DNA of 52,374 bases, taken from NCBI RefSeq assembly GCF_001194135.2, contig NC_068982.1, positions 130,782,426-130,834,799 on the forward strand, given 5' to 3'. The notes beneath the pieces are model-generated. The model worked only from the letters and a program-made list of their open reading frames with translations. It had not been told where the DNA came from and searched no databases. Position numbers and translations under genes: made by a program. This DNA comes from Octopus bimaculoides (Eukaryota). Of this stretch, positions 35,643 to 49,389 are shown piece after piece (position 1 is the stretch's first letter; each line of letters opens with the position of its first letter).

Positions 35643-35707
35643 ATTCAAATTCAAAATGGCTGAAGACTAGCATCACGCTTGAAACTCGAGTACAAACGAA
35701 TTTGAAT
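35643..35707 (+). ncRNA. Hammerhead motif in the inverted PLE pseudo-LTR
   Basis: CUGAAGA (35660-35666)-C-UAGC-aucac-GCUU-GAA-ACUCGAGU-A; distal stem I ATTCAAATTC (35643-35652) / GAATTTGAAT (35698-35707) is a perfect 10 bp; proximal stem I is disrupted. Confidence 0.55.
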
Positions 35708-35812
35708 TAAGCTGTTTTGATTCATATATATATATATATATATATGCACTAAACTATGTAGATGTTGTGAACGCAGGTGTTTTAATTCTGTATATGTTAT
35801 TTTTTGCGCAAA

Positions 35813-35854
<42 letters not shown>

Positions 35855-35870
35855 CCTTTATAATTTTAGA

Positions 35871-35919
<49 letters not shown>

Positions 35920-36032
35920 CATGTATGTATGTATGTATGTATGTATGTATATGTATATATGCATTTCGGCAATATACCTACACGTGTTGCATTGGCGATT
36001 TCTTCTCCTTCTTTGGACTTTTCACTTTCTCC

Positions 36033-36065
36033 TTTCCGACGAAGAGCTATGCTCAAAACGTTAAA
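36033..36065 (+). ncRNA. Minimal hammerhead relic with two core substitutions
   Basis: UUU-CCGACGA-A-GAGC-uau-GCUC-AAA-ACGU-U-AAA: architecture matches 11461-11510 but with U4>C and G12>A. Confidence 0.5.
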
Positions 36066-38294
36066 CTCTCTCCTTTTACCGAGCGTCAAGCTGATATGCT
36101 TCTTGTAAAAGTCTTCAAGTTCGTGGTTTTTTTCTTTTCTTCGTTTATTATCTGTTTATTTGAATTGACTATATATATATATATATATTAAACTATATCA
36201 GTTGATTGTATGCGTCCCACCTCACTGAAATTTGCTATTTGAGGAATTTGAACACTGAAATTATTCGCCTTTCATGATCCATTCGACACTCAATTACTCA
36301 CGAAATCTGACATTTATTAAGGAAACAACAAAACCGATTAACATTAACCCCACAACCTAATTGTTTGTTAGTTAACAGCCTTCAGTGTATTGTAACATAC
36401 CAAAGAAGTTAATGTGGCTTTCGGCTTTCGGTTCAGAAATAATAAGTTTAGACATTATCACTAGAAGGTATAACGCTAATATCAAAAGTAACATAACATT
36501 ATAAAGAATAAGACCTTTCAATGTGAGAGGGAATCAACCTTCTTTCTTCCCTTTCTTTACGAAGGGGATATTTGCGCGACAGCCCCCACTCTAGCTTGTA
36601 ATAACATACGAGCTTCATGTACTTTTAATAGGGTAATTGTAATTAATGTCAGAATTTTCCCGGGATATGCAGCTTTATTTAATATCATATTAAATCGTTC
36701 AACTTTCTATCAGTTACATGAAATAAGGAACTTTTAATGTATTCAACTTCAAACATATAAAATACTTTCTTATTTAATTTCATTATACTTATTTGGCTTC
36801 AAAATTGTATACTATTCAACCGTTCGATTTGTATCAAAGAAAATAAAAAATACAAAAGGAGTCATAGCTAATACATCATCTGTATTATAGGTATTCAATT
36901 GAAATATAATTTTAATATGCTTCTGTCTGAAATCGAAATAAATTGTTGAAGTGATAGACAACAAGTTTAGAGTTATCCAACCCTGTGAAAGTATTTGCAG
37001 ACATATTATTACAGTTGGCTGTTAACACATAAGAGGTTGCTTAGTTTGCACGAGTTGTCGTAGAGGAGATTATACGTGGCACAAGTAAAGTACTTGATTA
37101 GGTGGATAATGTTAGAGATAAAAGCGTCGCATCTAGTTTAGTTCTAGATTGGGAGAAAGAGGGAGAAGGGGAGGAGAGAAAGGGTGAGAGAAAGAAAGAA
37201 ACAAACAAACAAAAGAAGAAAGAAAGATCTAATGTATTGGTCATGCATGATTATGTTGGATTTAAACGAAAAGAGAGATACTTCCTAATGTTATTTTTCG
37301 ATGATGAGCCTTTCCTGGAACATTAATCATGTTTTTTTCGCTCGCAGCACTAAAATAATTTTGGTCGACAAGACACATGATACATAAATGTGTAGAGAAT
37401 TTCACCTAATTGTACACACTCTTAATTGAATTAGCAAATATATTTATTGACTCAGTAATCTAAGTTATTTGTTTTCAATATACATTCTGTAAATGTAATA
37501 ATGAGAATTACTGTGCTTGATTTTTTACTCTTTCTCTTCTCATAAAAAATAACCATTACTTTTTAGAATTTGGTTTTAATTTAATTTTTATGTCATTTAT
37601 ATGCCGGTAAGTTTTCGCTCAAAGAGAAAAGTACCATTATGGGAGCAATTTTAAAACAAACCAGATTTTACATTGTAATAAACGAAGCCATAAACTGCAA
37701 TGTTAACAATTCTGACTATACATTCTCAAATTTCTATTTTCTTCCTCCCATTGTTTTGCTACTGCAATACAGGCAAAATCGTGTTCAAATTTGTAGCTTT
37801 ATGTCCTTTCTTCGAATGACTCATTTCCTTAAGATCTCGTTAGAACTGATAATATTTTATCCCAGACATTACAACCACCTTTATATTGTACCACGCCATT
37901 TGCGACACTTTCCTCACTTGCTCTATGACGTCGATAACTCAGTGCACAGTGTTTATTTTATAAACACAAGCCTTGCATGGTGTATTCATTTGAAGATTAC
38001 ATTATAATAAATAGACTTGATTCAAATTGTTCATTTTTTTAAAAATTTAGATTTTTGTTTCTTTCTCTGATTGATCTTCTGGGTCTCACTCAGATTTTCC
38101 AAACGAGAATCAACTAAAAGCAAAAGAAAGCAACACTTAACCGAACCAAGAATCTCCCAGATTCCAACACTACCACTATTGCAGCAGTCTAGAAATCTTA
38201 ATTACAAACTGCTTGCATATGTTAATACACATGCTTTAAAGGAATTTTTTTTATATAATTAATAATTTTTAATTTAAGAAAATCTTTTTTCAAA

Positions 38295-38307
38295 CATATA
38301 TATGTAT

Positions 38308-38338
<31 letters not shown>

Positions 38339-38690
38339 AACACACACACACGCACACACACACATATATATATACATATACATTCTTGTGTGTATGTATA
38401 CATAATTACATGCACATACACACACACACACGCACAAATATATGTATATATACATATGTACACGCACATATATATATATATTCATAGTCATAGGCATACA
38501 TGTATGCATAAAGTAACTCAGATATATACATTCCTTTAGTCTTATATAATTATGTACTTAACATTTCTTATCAGAAGCAGACCAACACAAACTCCAGCTG
38601 AGACGTATGTACACTCTCGTCCTTAATGTCCATTCATTAATTCCTCGTCTGTTCATGTTCAGACTCACAGTCGCGCACACGCATACACAT

Positions 38691-38735
<45 letters not shown>
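38295..38735. repeat. (CA)/(TA) compound microsatellites
   Basis: Direct reading. Confidence 0.9.
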
Positions 38736-38736
<1 letters not shown>

Positions 38737-39589
38737 TCGTTCACACATGATGTGCCTTTGTAATGTGTGTATTACGGATTAATTTTACGCATTCTAATTA
38801 AGAATCCACGTTATGAGTTTATGTTACTTGTATTCAGAGATATAGCATAATGATTAGCACAAACTGAAAATATTCAAGTAAGGGTCATACCTCCAAGGAA
38901 TCAGATATTATTGCATGACTGTTACTTATTTCAGACACACTGGAAATGAAAGACGAAGTCAGTCTCAACTGGATTTCAACTCAGAACGATGTGAAAAGAG
39001 CCGTAAATAGTTTTGCCTTTCGTACGATTACAAATACACCCACCACCACCACACACACACACACACATATATATACGTAAATGTCGAACGTGGAAAATGA
39101 GTGCTCAACACCGCAGACATATATCTATACATATATATGCATACATGCGAGTGTATGCGCCTGTGGTTCTTATCGTTACATACTGTCTTAAAATAACACA
39201 TTGGGCAATATAGACATACATTTCCCCCGAAATTGGAATGTTCTTTTTAATAGGTTTACTACATTAGGTTCCATCCAAACTTGAGCAACAAACGTATTCA
39301 CACATACAGTTACTAACCAAAGCATTAGTCGCTTCGAGTTTAAAGTAGACACTTGCCCAAGACGCCCTGCAATGGGATAGAGGTCGCACAGTTAAGCAAA
39401 GTTATGTGTATTAGTGTGAGCGCACAATCACTTCCCAGGAACAGCTTCGTACTCGTATGCGTACACAGGATTTCAACAGCATTTTTGCATTCATAGACTA
39501 TATAATTTTACTTTCAAAAATTAAATACATTCAAGACATCAACAACAGCTACAATATACACCCAAACAACACTCACATACACGCACACT

Positions 39590-39613
39590 CTCGCTCTCTC
39601 TCCTCCACACACA

Positions 39614-39658
<45 letters not shown>

Positions 39659-39681
39659 CCTCTCTCTCTCTCTCTCTCTCT
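39590..39681. repeat. (CT)n microsatellite adjoining a gap
   Basis: Direct reading. Confidence 0.95.
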
Positions 39682-40344
39682 NNNNNNNNNNNNNNNNNNN
39701 NNNNNNNNNNNNNNNNNNNNNNNNNNNNNNNNNNNNNNNNNNNNNNNNNNNNNNNNNNNNNNNNNNNNNNNNNNNNNNNNNNNNNNNNNNNNNNNNNNNN
39801 NNNNNNNNNNNNNNNNNNNNNNNNNNNNNNNNNNNNNNNNNNNNNNNNNNNNNNNNNNNNNNNNNNNNNNNNNNNNNNNNNNNNNNNNNNNNNNNNNNNN
39901 NNNNNNNNNNNNNNNNNNNNNNNNNNNNNNNNNNNNNNNNNNNNNNNNNNNNNNNNNNNNNNNNNNNNNNNNNNNNNNNNNNNNNNNNNNNNNNNNNNNN
40001 NNNNNNNNNNNNNNNNNNNNNNNNNNNNNNNNNNNNNNNNNNNNNNNNNNNNNNNNNNNNNNNNNATATATATATATATATACACTTTCTCTGTCATTTC
40101 CCTCGCTTTCTCTCTTTCTTTCCCTTTCTCTCTCTCTCTCTCATTCAAATACATGCACACGACATTTATTAGTATTATCTGTAATCGTAAACCAGAAGAC
40201 ACCTTGCCACGGCCCCGTACATACTAGGGATCGATCTTATTTAACAGATATCTGTTGCTAATTGGCTGTTAATTTGTTGCAACACCATGAACGATTTATG
40301 ATCAGTGGGAAAATAGTTTCAGAGGAGAAACCATAATATCGTCA

Positions 40345-40883
40345 ACGTTTGCTTTGTTGTTGACGATGGGGTTGATTGTTGATTAATGGTAGAACTGTAC
40401 ATAGTGTTAGTGGTGTTTGTGATGACGGTGAAGTTGGTGGGGGTGGTTGTGTTAGTATCGTTTTTGACAGTATTGTTGGTGGTAGTGGTGATGTCGTGGT
40501 GGTGGTGGTGGTGGTATGGGTGGTGGTTGTCGTGTTAGATGGAGAGGTGGTGTTGGCAGTGGTAATGGTGTTTCTGGTGTTGTTGGTCGTAGCTGCATTG
40601 GTATTGTTAGCAGTGGTGTTAAAGGTGATAGTCACGGTTGTAATGTTCCTGATGTTGTTGGTGATATTTGTATCGGTGTTGGTGGTGTTCTTTCTGTGGT
40701 TAATAACGGTGTCATCAGTGGTTGTTGTGGTGTTGATGGCGGTAGTAAAGTTTGTGATGGTAGCACTATTGGTGATAGTGGATGTGATCATATTGTTGGT
40801 TGAGATGGTATGGTATGAAAATTAGTGACAATATTGTTGCTGTTTTTGTAGCTGTGGGCATGGCAGCAGTGGTGCTTTTATGT

Positions 40884-40914
<31 letters not shown>

Positions 40915-41235
40915 GGTGGTGGTGGTGGTGGTGGTGGTGGTGATGGTGTTGCAAGTGATATCAAAATTTGGAGTAGATCTGGAGTTGCAATTGTGGTGGT
41001 GGTGGTGGTAGTAGTGATACTAGTTGTATTTTGGTGGAGTAATGGCGGTGGAAGAGAAGGTGATAATGATGTTACTAGTGAACCTAAATTTAGTGGTAAT
41101 GTTAGTGTTGTTGTAGTGGTAGTGGAATGGTTGTATGGTGATGATGATAGTGGTGGTTAGGGGAGGGCGGTCGTGGTCTGGCCTTCCATGTCACGATGTG
41201 TATTGGTGGTTGTGGCGGTCGTGGTGTTAGTGACG
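40345..41235. repeat. Long degenerate (GGT/GTT/GAT/AGT)n low-complexity tract
   Basis: About 0.9 kb of G/T-rich trinucleotide-derived sequence; source of the Thr-rich and Val-rich ORFs. Confidence 0.9.
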
Positions 41236-42784
41236 GTGAGTAATTAGAACACGTTACTTTAATTTTGTTGTTGCAGTTTCACCACTACCAAATTAACTTT
41301 CATATGTTCTAATTAAATCAGAGCTAATTGAATATTTCAAGCCGTATTTGTTATCTAATTAATCATTCCATCATTGAAAGCTGTCGAAACTTTCCACCTC
41401 TGTGCTACTCTCGCTGCCTGCTCTGGCGAACTCCGAACTTTCTCTTAACTTAGAAGAAGTCAGAATAAATTAAACAGTACACAAGCCCAGTGGTTCTCAT
41501 ACTGAAAATTACCAGCCTAATCCCCCACCCCTCAAAAGAAATTAGGGCAATTATTGCGACAACACTCTTCTTTTATTAATGAAAATACAAAAAATAAATA
41601 CTGCATGCGTATAATTTTCTTCGTCATCGTATTGAAGAAAGTTGAAAAGTTTAAAACTGTATTTTATCAAACATGACGATTAATTCTCCTCTGCTTTTAA
41701 TCCTAAAGAATACCCCCAGAAGGAGCACCATCCACCGCTCGTGAGAAACTCTGTACTACTCGATCAGACATAAAAACTGATTTTGGTTAGAAATGCGTAT
41801 ACTCGAATGTTACACATGGAACACTTTTCTCTTTTACAATTTCACCTCTCAGACTAGCCAGTAGACTAAACTGATGGAAGCTGTTCTTTTGAGAAACTAG
41901 ACGTAAAAGACAGTATTGTTGCTCTTTTTTATTGTTGATATCATTATTGGTTTGTGTAAGTCCGAAACTTAAATTCTTTCTTCAGATAAAATGATATGGG
42001 GCCTAAACCACTTTTATTGAAGAGGTCACCATAAGATTTAAATTTTTTAAATATATTGTTTCATGACGATAGCGAGTTGTTTAATTTTCACCAATTCCAC
42101 AGCTACTCAGATTCATCTGCTTGTACCATCATTGTTTCTGTTTAGCCCAGGGCTCCAGTCGTTTTCAACCCGTTTATAGCATATCAGAATCTACGTGGTC
42201 TACTGTTTCCTTTATTTAACACGGTACGGTCTAATTTGAGTGATTTGAGTGTTGTTATTTCTAACAGGCCAGGCAACCGCGTATAGGATCCTTCATTGGC
42301 TCATATTATTGTTATTAACGATAAAGAATCGTTGGAGAGTCAGATACAAAGCCTTGCAAAATTCGATCCGACTGTGATCTGATTTTCAAATCCCATCCGT
42401 TTTGCTTTTTATCCTTTCCGACCAAGGTAAGGTACTCAACTGAGTCTTCTACCACCCCTTGTTGCTTCCTAGATTGTATTTTGTAAGTCAAAGGTCTGGC
42501 TTCTCCCATTCTGCCACATTAATTCCATGTGAGAATTGCGTTAAAAAGTGCACGCGTCTGTGGAATACTCAGTCGTTATACGCTAATTTCATGAGTAAGA
42601 ATTCAATAGATCGAACAACGGCATACACATCGTCCAGACCGACGGAGAATCCATCATTAGTGGTACAATGATGATTACATTGTACTAACTTTAAAAGGCG
42701 GTCAGTGGAAACTCGGCCCTTGCATTCTGTAAAAGATAGGTTTGAATTTTGACCACCTCTTGAGGATATGCGGTCAATTAAAAA

Positions 42785-43051
42785 GTCGTCGTCGTCGTCG
42801 TCGTCGTCGTCGTTGTTGAGGTTTATAGGGGTGGTGCTAGTAGATTTTATATTAGTATCAGTAGTAAAACAGATGTACGTGTACTCGTAGTCACTGTTTT
42901 AGTGAGAGGGAAGTTGGCGTAGTCTCCCTCTACCATCTCTTTTCATCTTATTCCTTCTCCTTCATATCATTATCACCACACATCATCATCATCATCATCG
43001 TCATTATCACCGTCATTATCATCGTCGTCATAAACATCGTCGTCGTCGTCG

Positions 43052-43095
<44 letters not shown>

Positions 43096-43110
43096 TTCAC
43101 TGTCGTCGTC
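42785..43110. repeat. (GTC)n and (CAT)n trinucleotide tracts
   Basis: Direct reading. Confidence 0.9.
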
Positions 43111-44010
43111 GCTGTCATTTATCAATATTCATGTCGACCATCAACAACACCAATAGCAGTTTATCCCAGTTCATCCCTGACAGAACGAATCGATTATAAA
43201 AATCGTTCAAGCAGTGATTTTCAAGCATACTTTCCATTTTATAATAGTCAGTCCACTACTTCCTCTTCAAGAAATTACCATGTGCGTCACAAGCAATACC
43301 ACAGAAACTTTGCATTTACTATCAGGGAGTGAATAATTATTACAAATTAAAAGGGTAAAGGTTTATCAATTTATTAATTTATTAATAAATCAACAATTAA
43401 TAATTTTTACCAAGCCCTTCGGTATGTAAACACCATTATCGGTGGAGAACTTATTTAAAAGTTCCTATACATTTATAAACATAATTAAGGGATCAGCAAG
43501 CATTTGCTTCACCACATACCGAAGTTCAGAAATAGCAGCTAAAAAAGCTGAGACTCCAACAAATAGCATTACTTGTAACTCACAAAGGCAAAAACAAGAA
43601 GAAAAAACAATGCTTTCAGGTTGTGTCGAGGCATGATGTTCACTCGTTCANNNNNNNNNNNNNNNNNNNNNNNNNNNNNNNNNNNNNNNNNNNNNNNNNN
43701 NNNNNNNNNNNNNNNNNNNNNNNNNNNNNNNNNNNNNNNNNNNNNNNNNNNNNNNNNNNNNNNNNNNNNNNNNNNNNNNNNNNNNNNNNNNNNNNNNNNN
43801 NNNNNNNNNNNNNNNNNNNNNNNNNNNNNNNNNNNNNNNNNNNNNNNNNNNNNNNNNNNNNNNNNNNNNNNNNNNNNNNNNNNNNNNNNNNNNNNNNNNN
43901 NNNNNNNNNNNNNNNNNNNNNNNNNNNNNNNNNNNNNNNNNNNNNNNNNNNNNNNNNNNNNNNNNNNNNNNNNNNNNNNNNNNNNNNNNNNNNNNNNNNN
44001 NNNNNNNNNN

Positions 44011-44067
<57 letters not shown>

Positions 44068-44299
44068 TGTATGTATGACCAAGTATTGCTATATTATATA
44101 TTTTTCTGCATTTATTTTCTTTCTCAGGAGACTATCATTATGATGTTTTCAGTCCCTAGAGTCTTACTCTCTTTATTTCCATGTCTCTAAATTTCTTTTT
44201 TCTTTTTTTTTCTTTTCAGAAATAGTATTACGTTCCGTTGGATTTCATAAATCGATTACCATACATTTTTTTTCCTTATAATCTATGAGCAGACAAATT

Positions 44300-46700
44300 G
44301 GTATCTCCTAAAATATTTACTCATTCCTTAACACCTTCTGCGATATACTTGTGTCATCTGTGTTCCATAATGGTGTTCTAACATATGAAACTGTGTTCCA
44401 GTATATAAAATCGCCAACTTCCTCTTGTTTGTTTACATATGCTATTGTTTGTTTAAGACTTGAAACCAGAAACAATGTAATTTATTATTTCTTCACAGCC
44501 TCTACATATTCTGAAGTTATTTTTATATTCCATTGTGTTTATAGTAATTTCTATAGGTGAACAGCTATAACAGCTGTTAACTCAGTCTCTATGCGTATGT
44601 ACTGTGATCAAAATACCTTTTATCTCGGTTTTTGAGTCCTGGGTTTCTGCAATAATATTAATGATTTTCTTTATCTACATTTACTTTTCCTGTTATTTTC
44701 TGTTCTTTGACATATATGGCTCCTCTGCTAACGTCTTACTATGAAATTTCATAGTTCTGTTTTAATTTAATTTGTAGTTAAAAAAATAAATCCCCGTCTG
44801 TTAACACAGTGTCTATTCTCTCTTTCCAGATCCCTAAAGACATAAAATTACAATAGTAATATTATTCATGTTTGGATCTATTTATATTAGTTTCCCCTCT
44901 TTGACTTACTTGATATTCTTGTAGGCCAACATATTTTCGCGTTTACCACTTTCAGAAATCCCCACCCCATTGTGTTCGCGTCAAATATAATCTTTTCTGT
45001 GTCGGATGGTGAATTCTAAATGTAGTCATAACTTTTCTCTTTTATCTTAGTCTTTTTTAATTCACTCAACTTCCAGTTAAGGATATCATAACTATGAGTA
45101 TGGCTTATTGCTGAAACACCTGGGTATTGATATTTGTTATCTTGATTTTGACAATTAGTTGCGTTTTAGATATTATTATTCTGTGTTTATAATACGCCTT
45201 TATTAATTCTTCAGGATTTATAAGTCTGAGTTTGATCAATTTGTACCTCTGTTTTCCTCCTATCTAACATGGCATCATATTATTTTTACTTTACAATATG
45301 GCATTTTTCAGCAACGAATTTTATATCATAATCTTTTCCATCATGTATAACTGTTGATTTATAGTCAGTTGCCATTTGCAGAATACAACGTAAGGTAATT
45401 CATATACAAAATCCGATCGATTATCACCCATTATCACTCGCACCTGCATCATATCATATCTAGGACATTGCTTAAAGACGCTGGCGCAAAACAGAAGAGA
45501 AATGGAGAAAGGGATTCACTTCGGAGGAATTCTCTTATGGAGATTAATTTTGCATTCATGTTTTGCTTGAATCTGTACATGCCCCTTGTTTTCATTTATT
45601 CATTTTTGGTGTATCTGTTATTTAAATGTCTTCACTCGTTGCTACTGTCTTCAGAATCTAAACATGAAGAACCTAATCAAAACTTCCCGGAAAAATTTCA
45701 CACTATACTCTATGTTATTGTCTTCAGTTAGGATTTTATTGATCACTACTGATATTTTTACGTTCTTCTGAGCCTTTACAGTATCCTCCCTGACCTTTTG
45801 TGTACCTACAATTTAATGTAATTTATGAAGACTTTAAATTATAGGTTAACATGTTGTAGGATTGTAGTTTTGGCGAACGTTATGTTTCTTTAATGCAGGG
45901 GCGTCAACCTAGAGCCATAACATTTACATTTTGTTCTGGCTCGTTCGACAAACTGTTTATCTTTACTAGTACACTGTATATATCTTTCTAAATATTCTAG
46001 CCAGAAGTTTGGCATTTTGTCATTTTTTGCCTGCTTTCCATGGTTACTTCTTGAGTCGTTATTTCTTGCCAAGATTACTCTGTTGTTACACTTTCTTTTG
46101 TTTTAACATTTTCGTCCTTGATGCTTATCTACATTTCCTAATCCAGCAGCAATATTTTCACTCTTCTTGTTGTCGGTCTGTTGGTTTCGATTTTATTTTT
46201 ACCTAACTCTATGTAAGATTGCTTGGAGTTAGGAACGAAAGATTTTGTTTAGGCTTTGTCAGATTGGATAACAAAGGATTCGGTGATATTAACCAACGAT
46301 TTCTTGTCTTCTATTCTTTAATTTCTTCTTTTTGTATATTTATTTTTTTATTTCTATAGTATTTATCTTTTTTTATTTTTTCAATAGCATTTTCTTAATG
46401 GAGGGAGATCTTGGATTTTCATGTCTGTTTGTATCTTGGCTTTGATGGTTCTTATATGAGCGATTCTTTAGTGTGTAGTGAGGGCGGAACCCTTGTTCTT
46501 TTTGGATTTCTGTGATTGCTGCATCAATTATTTGATTATCGCATCTTTTTCAAGAATGTTTAAAATATCCCACTTCCTTTATTTTTTCTTTGTTTTTTTT
46601 TTCCTTTGTCTTTTGAATTCTTGTCACTCATTTGTGATTACGTTTAATCCATTTTATCGTTAGCATTATTTCTACCTTTATATTATTGTGATATAGCAAA
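44300..46700 (-). pseudogene. Heavily decayed R4/Dong-type LINE ORF; outer limits approximate
   Basis: Minus-strand peptides REFLRSESLSPFLFCFAPASLSNVL (cf. RGIFQGDSLSPLLFCLAL) at about 45530-45460, RILYMNYLTLYSAN (cf. HLLYMDDLKLYA), KFVAEKC (cf. FGLEKC), SYDILNWKLSEL, and FRIHHPTQKRLYLTRTQWGG (cf. HHPKADVDRLYxxRxxGGRG). Confidence 0.75.
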
Positions 46701-46849
46701 TCACAGCCTTGGATCTTTCTACCCTTAGCATTTTTTTATACCCAGTTGAGTTAAATATAGAAGTTAAATATAGAAGCACTATAATTCTTATTTGAACATG
46801 CGAACATTTGAACATGCAAAACTTATTTCCTACTGCCTTGGTTTATATA

Positions 46850-47700
46850 TATACTCCGCCTGAGAGTTTTCCACTTCCGTGCGCTGTGGAGTGATCATGC
46901 CTCTGTGGAATAATGCCGATAATATGGAAATTTGGCCATAGTTCCATTAAATATAGTAATATATGTTGGCCAATGTTCAATGGAGTGCCATCGGATTTAT
47001 TGAAACCTGAATGGCTGCAGGATAATCTATTCGTCACAACCTTCAAATTCTTTCAGCATATCAAACAGAGTTGAATGTAGAGTTTAGTGGGGCACTGATC
47101 TATCTGAGATCAATCGAAAGCTAAGTTGGTTATTGATACATATCTGTTGTTTTAAGAAACTACGTTAGAGTCTCACAACTGCAATACTGAAGAACTTCGA
47201 GATTATCGAGATTATCCAAGCAATTAGTAGACGAAATCTTTCTCCAGGAGCTATATGGAATCGTAAAACAGTAAGGGGGATAGTTCTAGTATATATTAGA
47301 TTACCGAACATTTTGGGTACACCGGAGTGGACCTGATTTTTAAAAGTAGCATATTTTTCTTCAACTATATTGGTGAGTTTCATAATCAGCATCACTTCAA
47401 TTCCGCTGTTCCTGTATACATTGAATGCAATTAGTGTTGCTGAAATGCAGACAGTAAAGAACCGAATAGCTTTTTTATCAATTGACCACCCACACAGTGA
47501 TGTTTGATAAGGCTGACCTACCATATTTTTGTAGAAGTGGTGCATAGACAAATAAACCTCAATTATAAGTGAAATACATATATTACAACCAACAGTGAGT
47601 ATACACTATTTTTGTCAGCGTCATCTGCTAGAAGGCTTCGCTATAAGCTAGTCCTTAATCAAATTTTCAAGGCGTGAAGCAGCTGAGAGATAATATATTT
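46850..47700 (-). pseudogene. Probable decayed RTE-clade LINE RT 3' fragment
   Basis: Motif-like pieces appear in RTE order on the minus strand: SLLADDA, KNMVGQP, PKMFGNL, SPLLFYDS, IRWH, IFNG, ARKWK. Each match is weak alone. Confidence 0.4.
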
Positions 47701-48699
47701 TACCCAGAATAACATATAATAAGTGCATCACAAGTTTCTGTTGCCCAAAAGATTTGAGTTTTATCTATACAATCTACCGAAATATTCATCAGTTATCCAA
47801 CTGTGAACTATACACCTTTTGTACACTTCTACAGCTAGATGAACTGGATAATTAATAATTAACTAGTTTTGCCACAGATGCAGGATATCACTTGTGGTGG
47901 GATGACTGCAATTCAACCATACGCAGGCGGTGTAAACATATTAACACTTTGAACTCTACTTCTTAACGATGATCGTTTGAAATAGGTTGGCTCAACCATG
48001 AAGATTTAAATGTCTTCCCCACAAACACTGAATATAGTAATAATGGATATGTTTCTTTCACCATATTTATTCTCTACAAAATCTCCACGGCACCAAATTG
48101 CCACCGGCATATTACAGCAGCAACAACTAAAACAACAATTATCCCTACTGCGACTATCTCCCTAAAACCATTACCTTACCAGATAAAGCAGTTCGTAAGA
48201 TAGACAAAAAGAAAAAAGAAAAAAAAAACACTACCGGATGCAGCCCTACCGTTTTTCAGTACAATGTGTGTATAGGAATGTATGGGGAGGTGTAGAATTT
48301 CTGGGTGTGTCATTACGTATGGCTGGACGTGTACCTGGGTGTAATTCTTTAATCACTGCCGTAACCATGAAATTAATGAAATCAATACAATTACCGTCAA
48401 CTACCAATATCATTATTATCAAATTCATCATTACCTACGAAAATAAAAAATAAAAATTACGTGGTTATTTGTCTGGCTAGAAATAGCAGCTACACTACTT
48501 GCGAATCACAGCCTAATTAAATCCCGTCCCGTCTCTCGGAAGCGAGTGTGACCTGATAGTAAGCTTCTGCTAATTGTTTTAAGGACCCTTGTAATTGCGA
48601 GCTGAAGCAGACAGTGTCTCGGCCCTCCGAGCCATGACAGAACGGAACATTGAGGATATGACAGCTGGAGACTGAGTCTGAGCGAGAGAGAGAAAGAGA

Positions 48700-48850
48700 G
48701 AGAGAAGAGCGCTCTACCAGCATTAGACTGGATCTCATTTTCAGCTGACTACAACAGAGCAATCTGAAATGAAGTACCTTGCTCAAAGGCTCAAAACGTA
48801 GCCCGCTCCCGGAATTGAATCTACGACTGTCATTCTAACAACTAGGTCAC
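48700..48850 (-). mobile_element. CORE-SINE fragment
   Basis: CTCATTTTCAGCTGACTACAACAGAGCAATCTGAAATGAAGTACCTTGCTCAAAGG resembles the CORE domain, followed by a B-box-like CCCGGAATTGAATC on the opposite strand. Confidence 0.6.
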
Positions 48851-49010
48851 TGTATAGTTTAAGGACAGAACGCATAAGCCTATGATGCCTTGCATGCCTC
48901 TAAAGATAAAGGAGATCAATTTGGTCACAGGTCTGCTCAATCAAAGTTGCTTTATAGTGAAACATTAACAACAACAACAGCAAAAATGGCTATTATTACA
49001 CATTACCTCA

Positions 49011-49220
49011 AGGCAGCGCGCTAGTAGAATCGCTAGAATGCTTAGCGGTATTTCGTCCGTCTTTAGATTCGGAGTTCAAATTCTGCCTAGGTCGAATTTG
49101 CCTTTCATCCTTTCAGAAGTGATAAAATAAGTACCAGTCAAGTACTGAGTCGATGTAATCGACTAGCCCTCTCGTCCAAAATTTCAGGCCTTGTGCCTAC
49201 AGCAGAAATGATTATTATTA
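49011..49220 (+). mobile_element. tRNA-derived SINE, near full length
   Basis: GGCAGCGCGCTAGTAGAATCG...GGAGTTCAAATTCTGCC...TTTGCCTTTCATCCTTTC...GGCCTTGTGCCTACAGCAGAAATGATTATTATT. Confidence 0.9.
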
Positions 49221-49389
49221 CCCAATACCTTCACCAACTTACTTTTAGCATTGTTACCTATGACTACCACGTTGACACATCGCAATATATATCACTATGA
49301 GGAGCATCACCACCAACATCGAACCAAACATCTCTATTTGAACTTCAACATCAACAACAACAGCGGCAGCAACTATAGCAAGAACAGCC

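Larger units (their letters stand above)
33325..35707 (-). mobile_element. Penelope-like element (PLE) with inverted pseudo-LTRs, decayed
   Basis: RT: ISKSILD...VINWFRGIENK...FTQFDIIDF; FDVSMSNFDRREIADLIGLYIL. Thumb/linker: RKRKIIWYNTPF...TNVARSFLSLIKKHF...KLFNPHNIKVSYSC. GIY-YIG: VVYRATL...YRGMTDTDFKGRYSQHNHSF. Region 35400-35707 is an inverted, diverged copy of the 3' end (34030-33840 plus 33460-33325). Confidence 0.9.

Noticed and set aside
40342-40825. Thr-rich mucin-like ORF (-) and Val-rich ORF (+)
   Set aside because: Both derive from a degenerate GGT/GTT trinucleotide tract like others in the window, with no splice or domain support.
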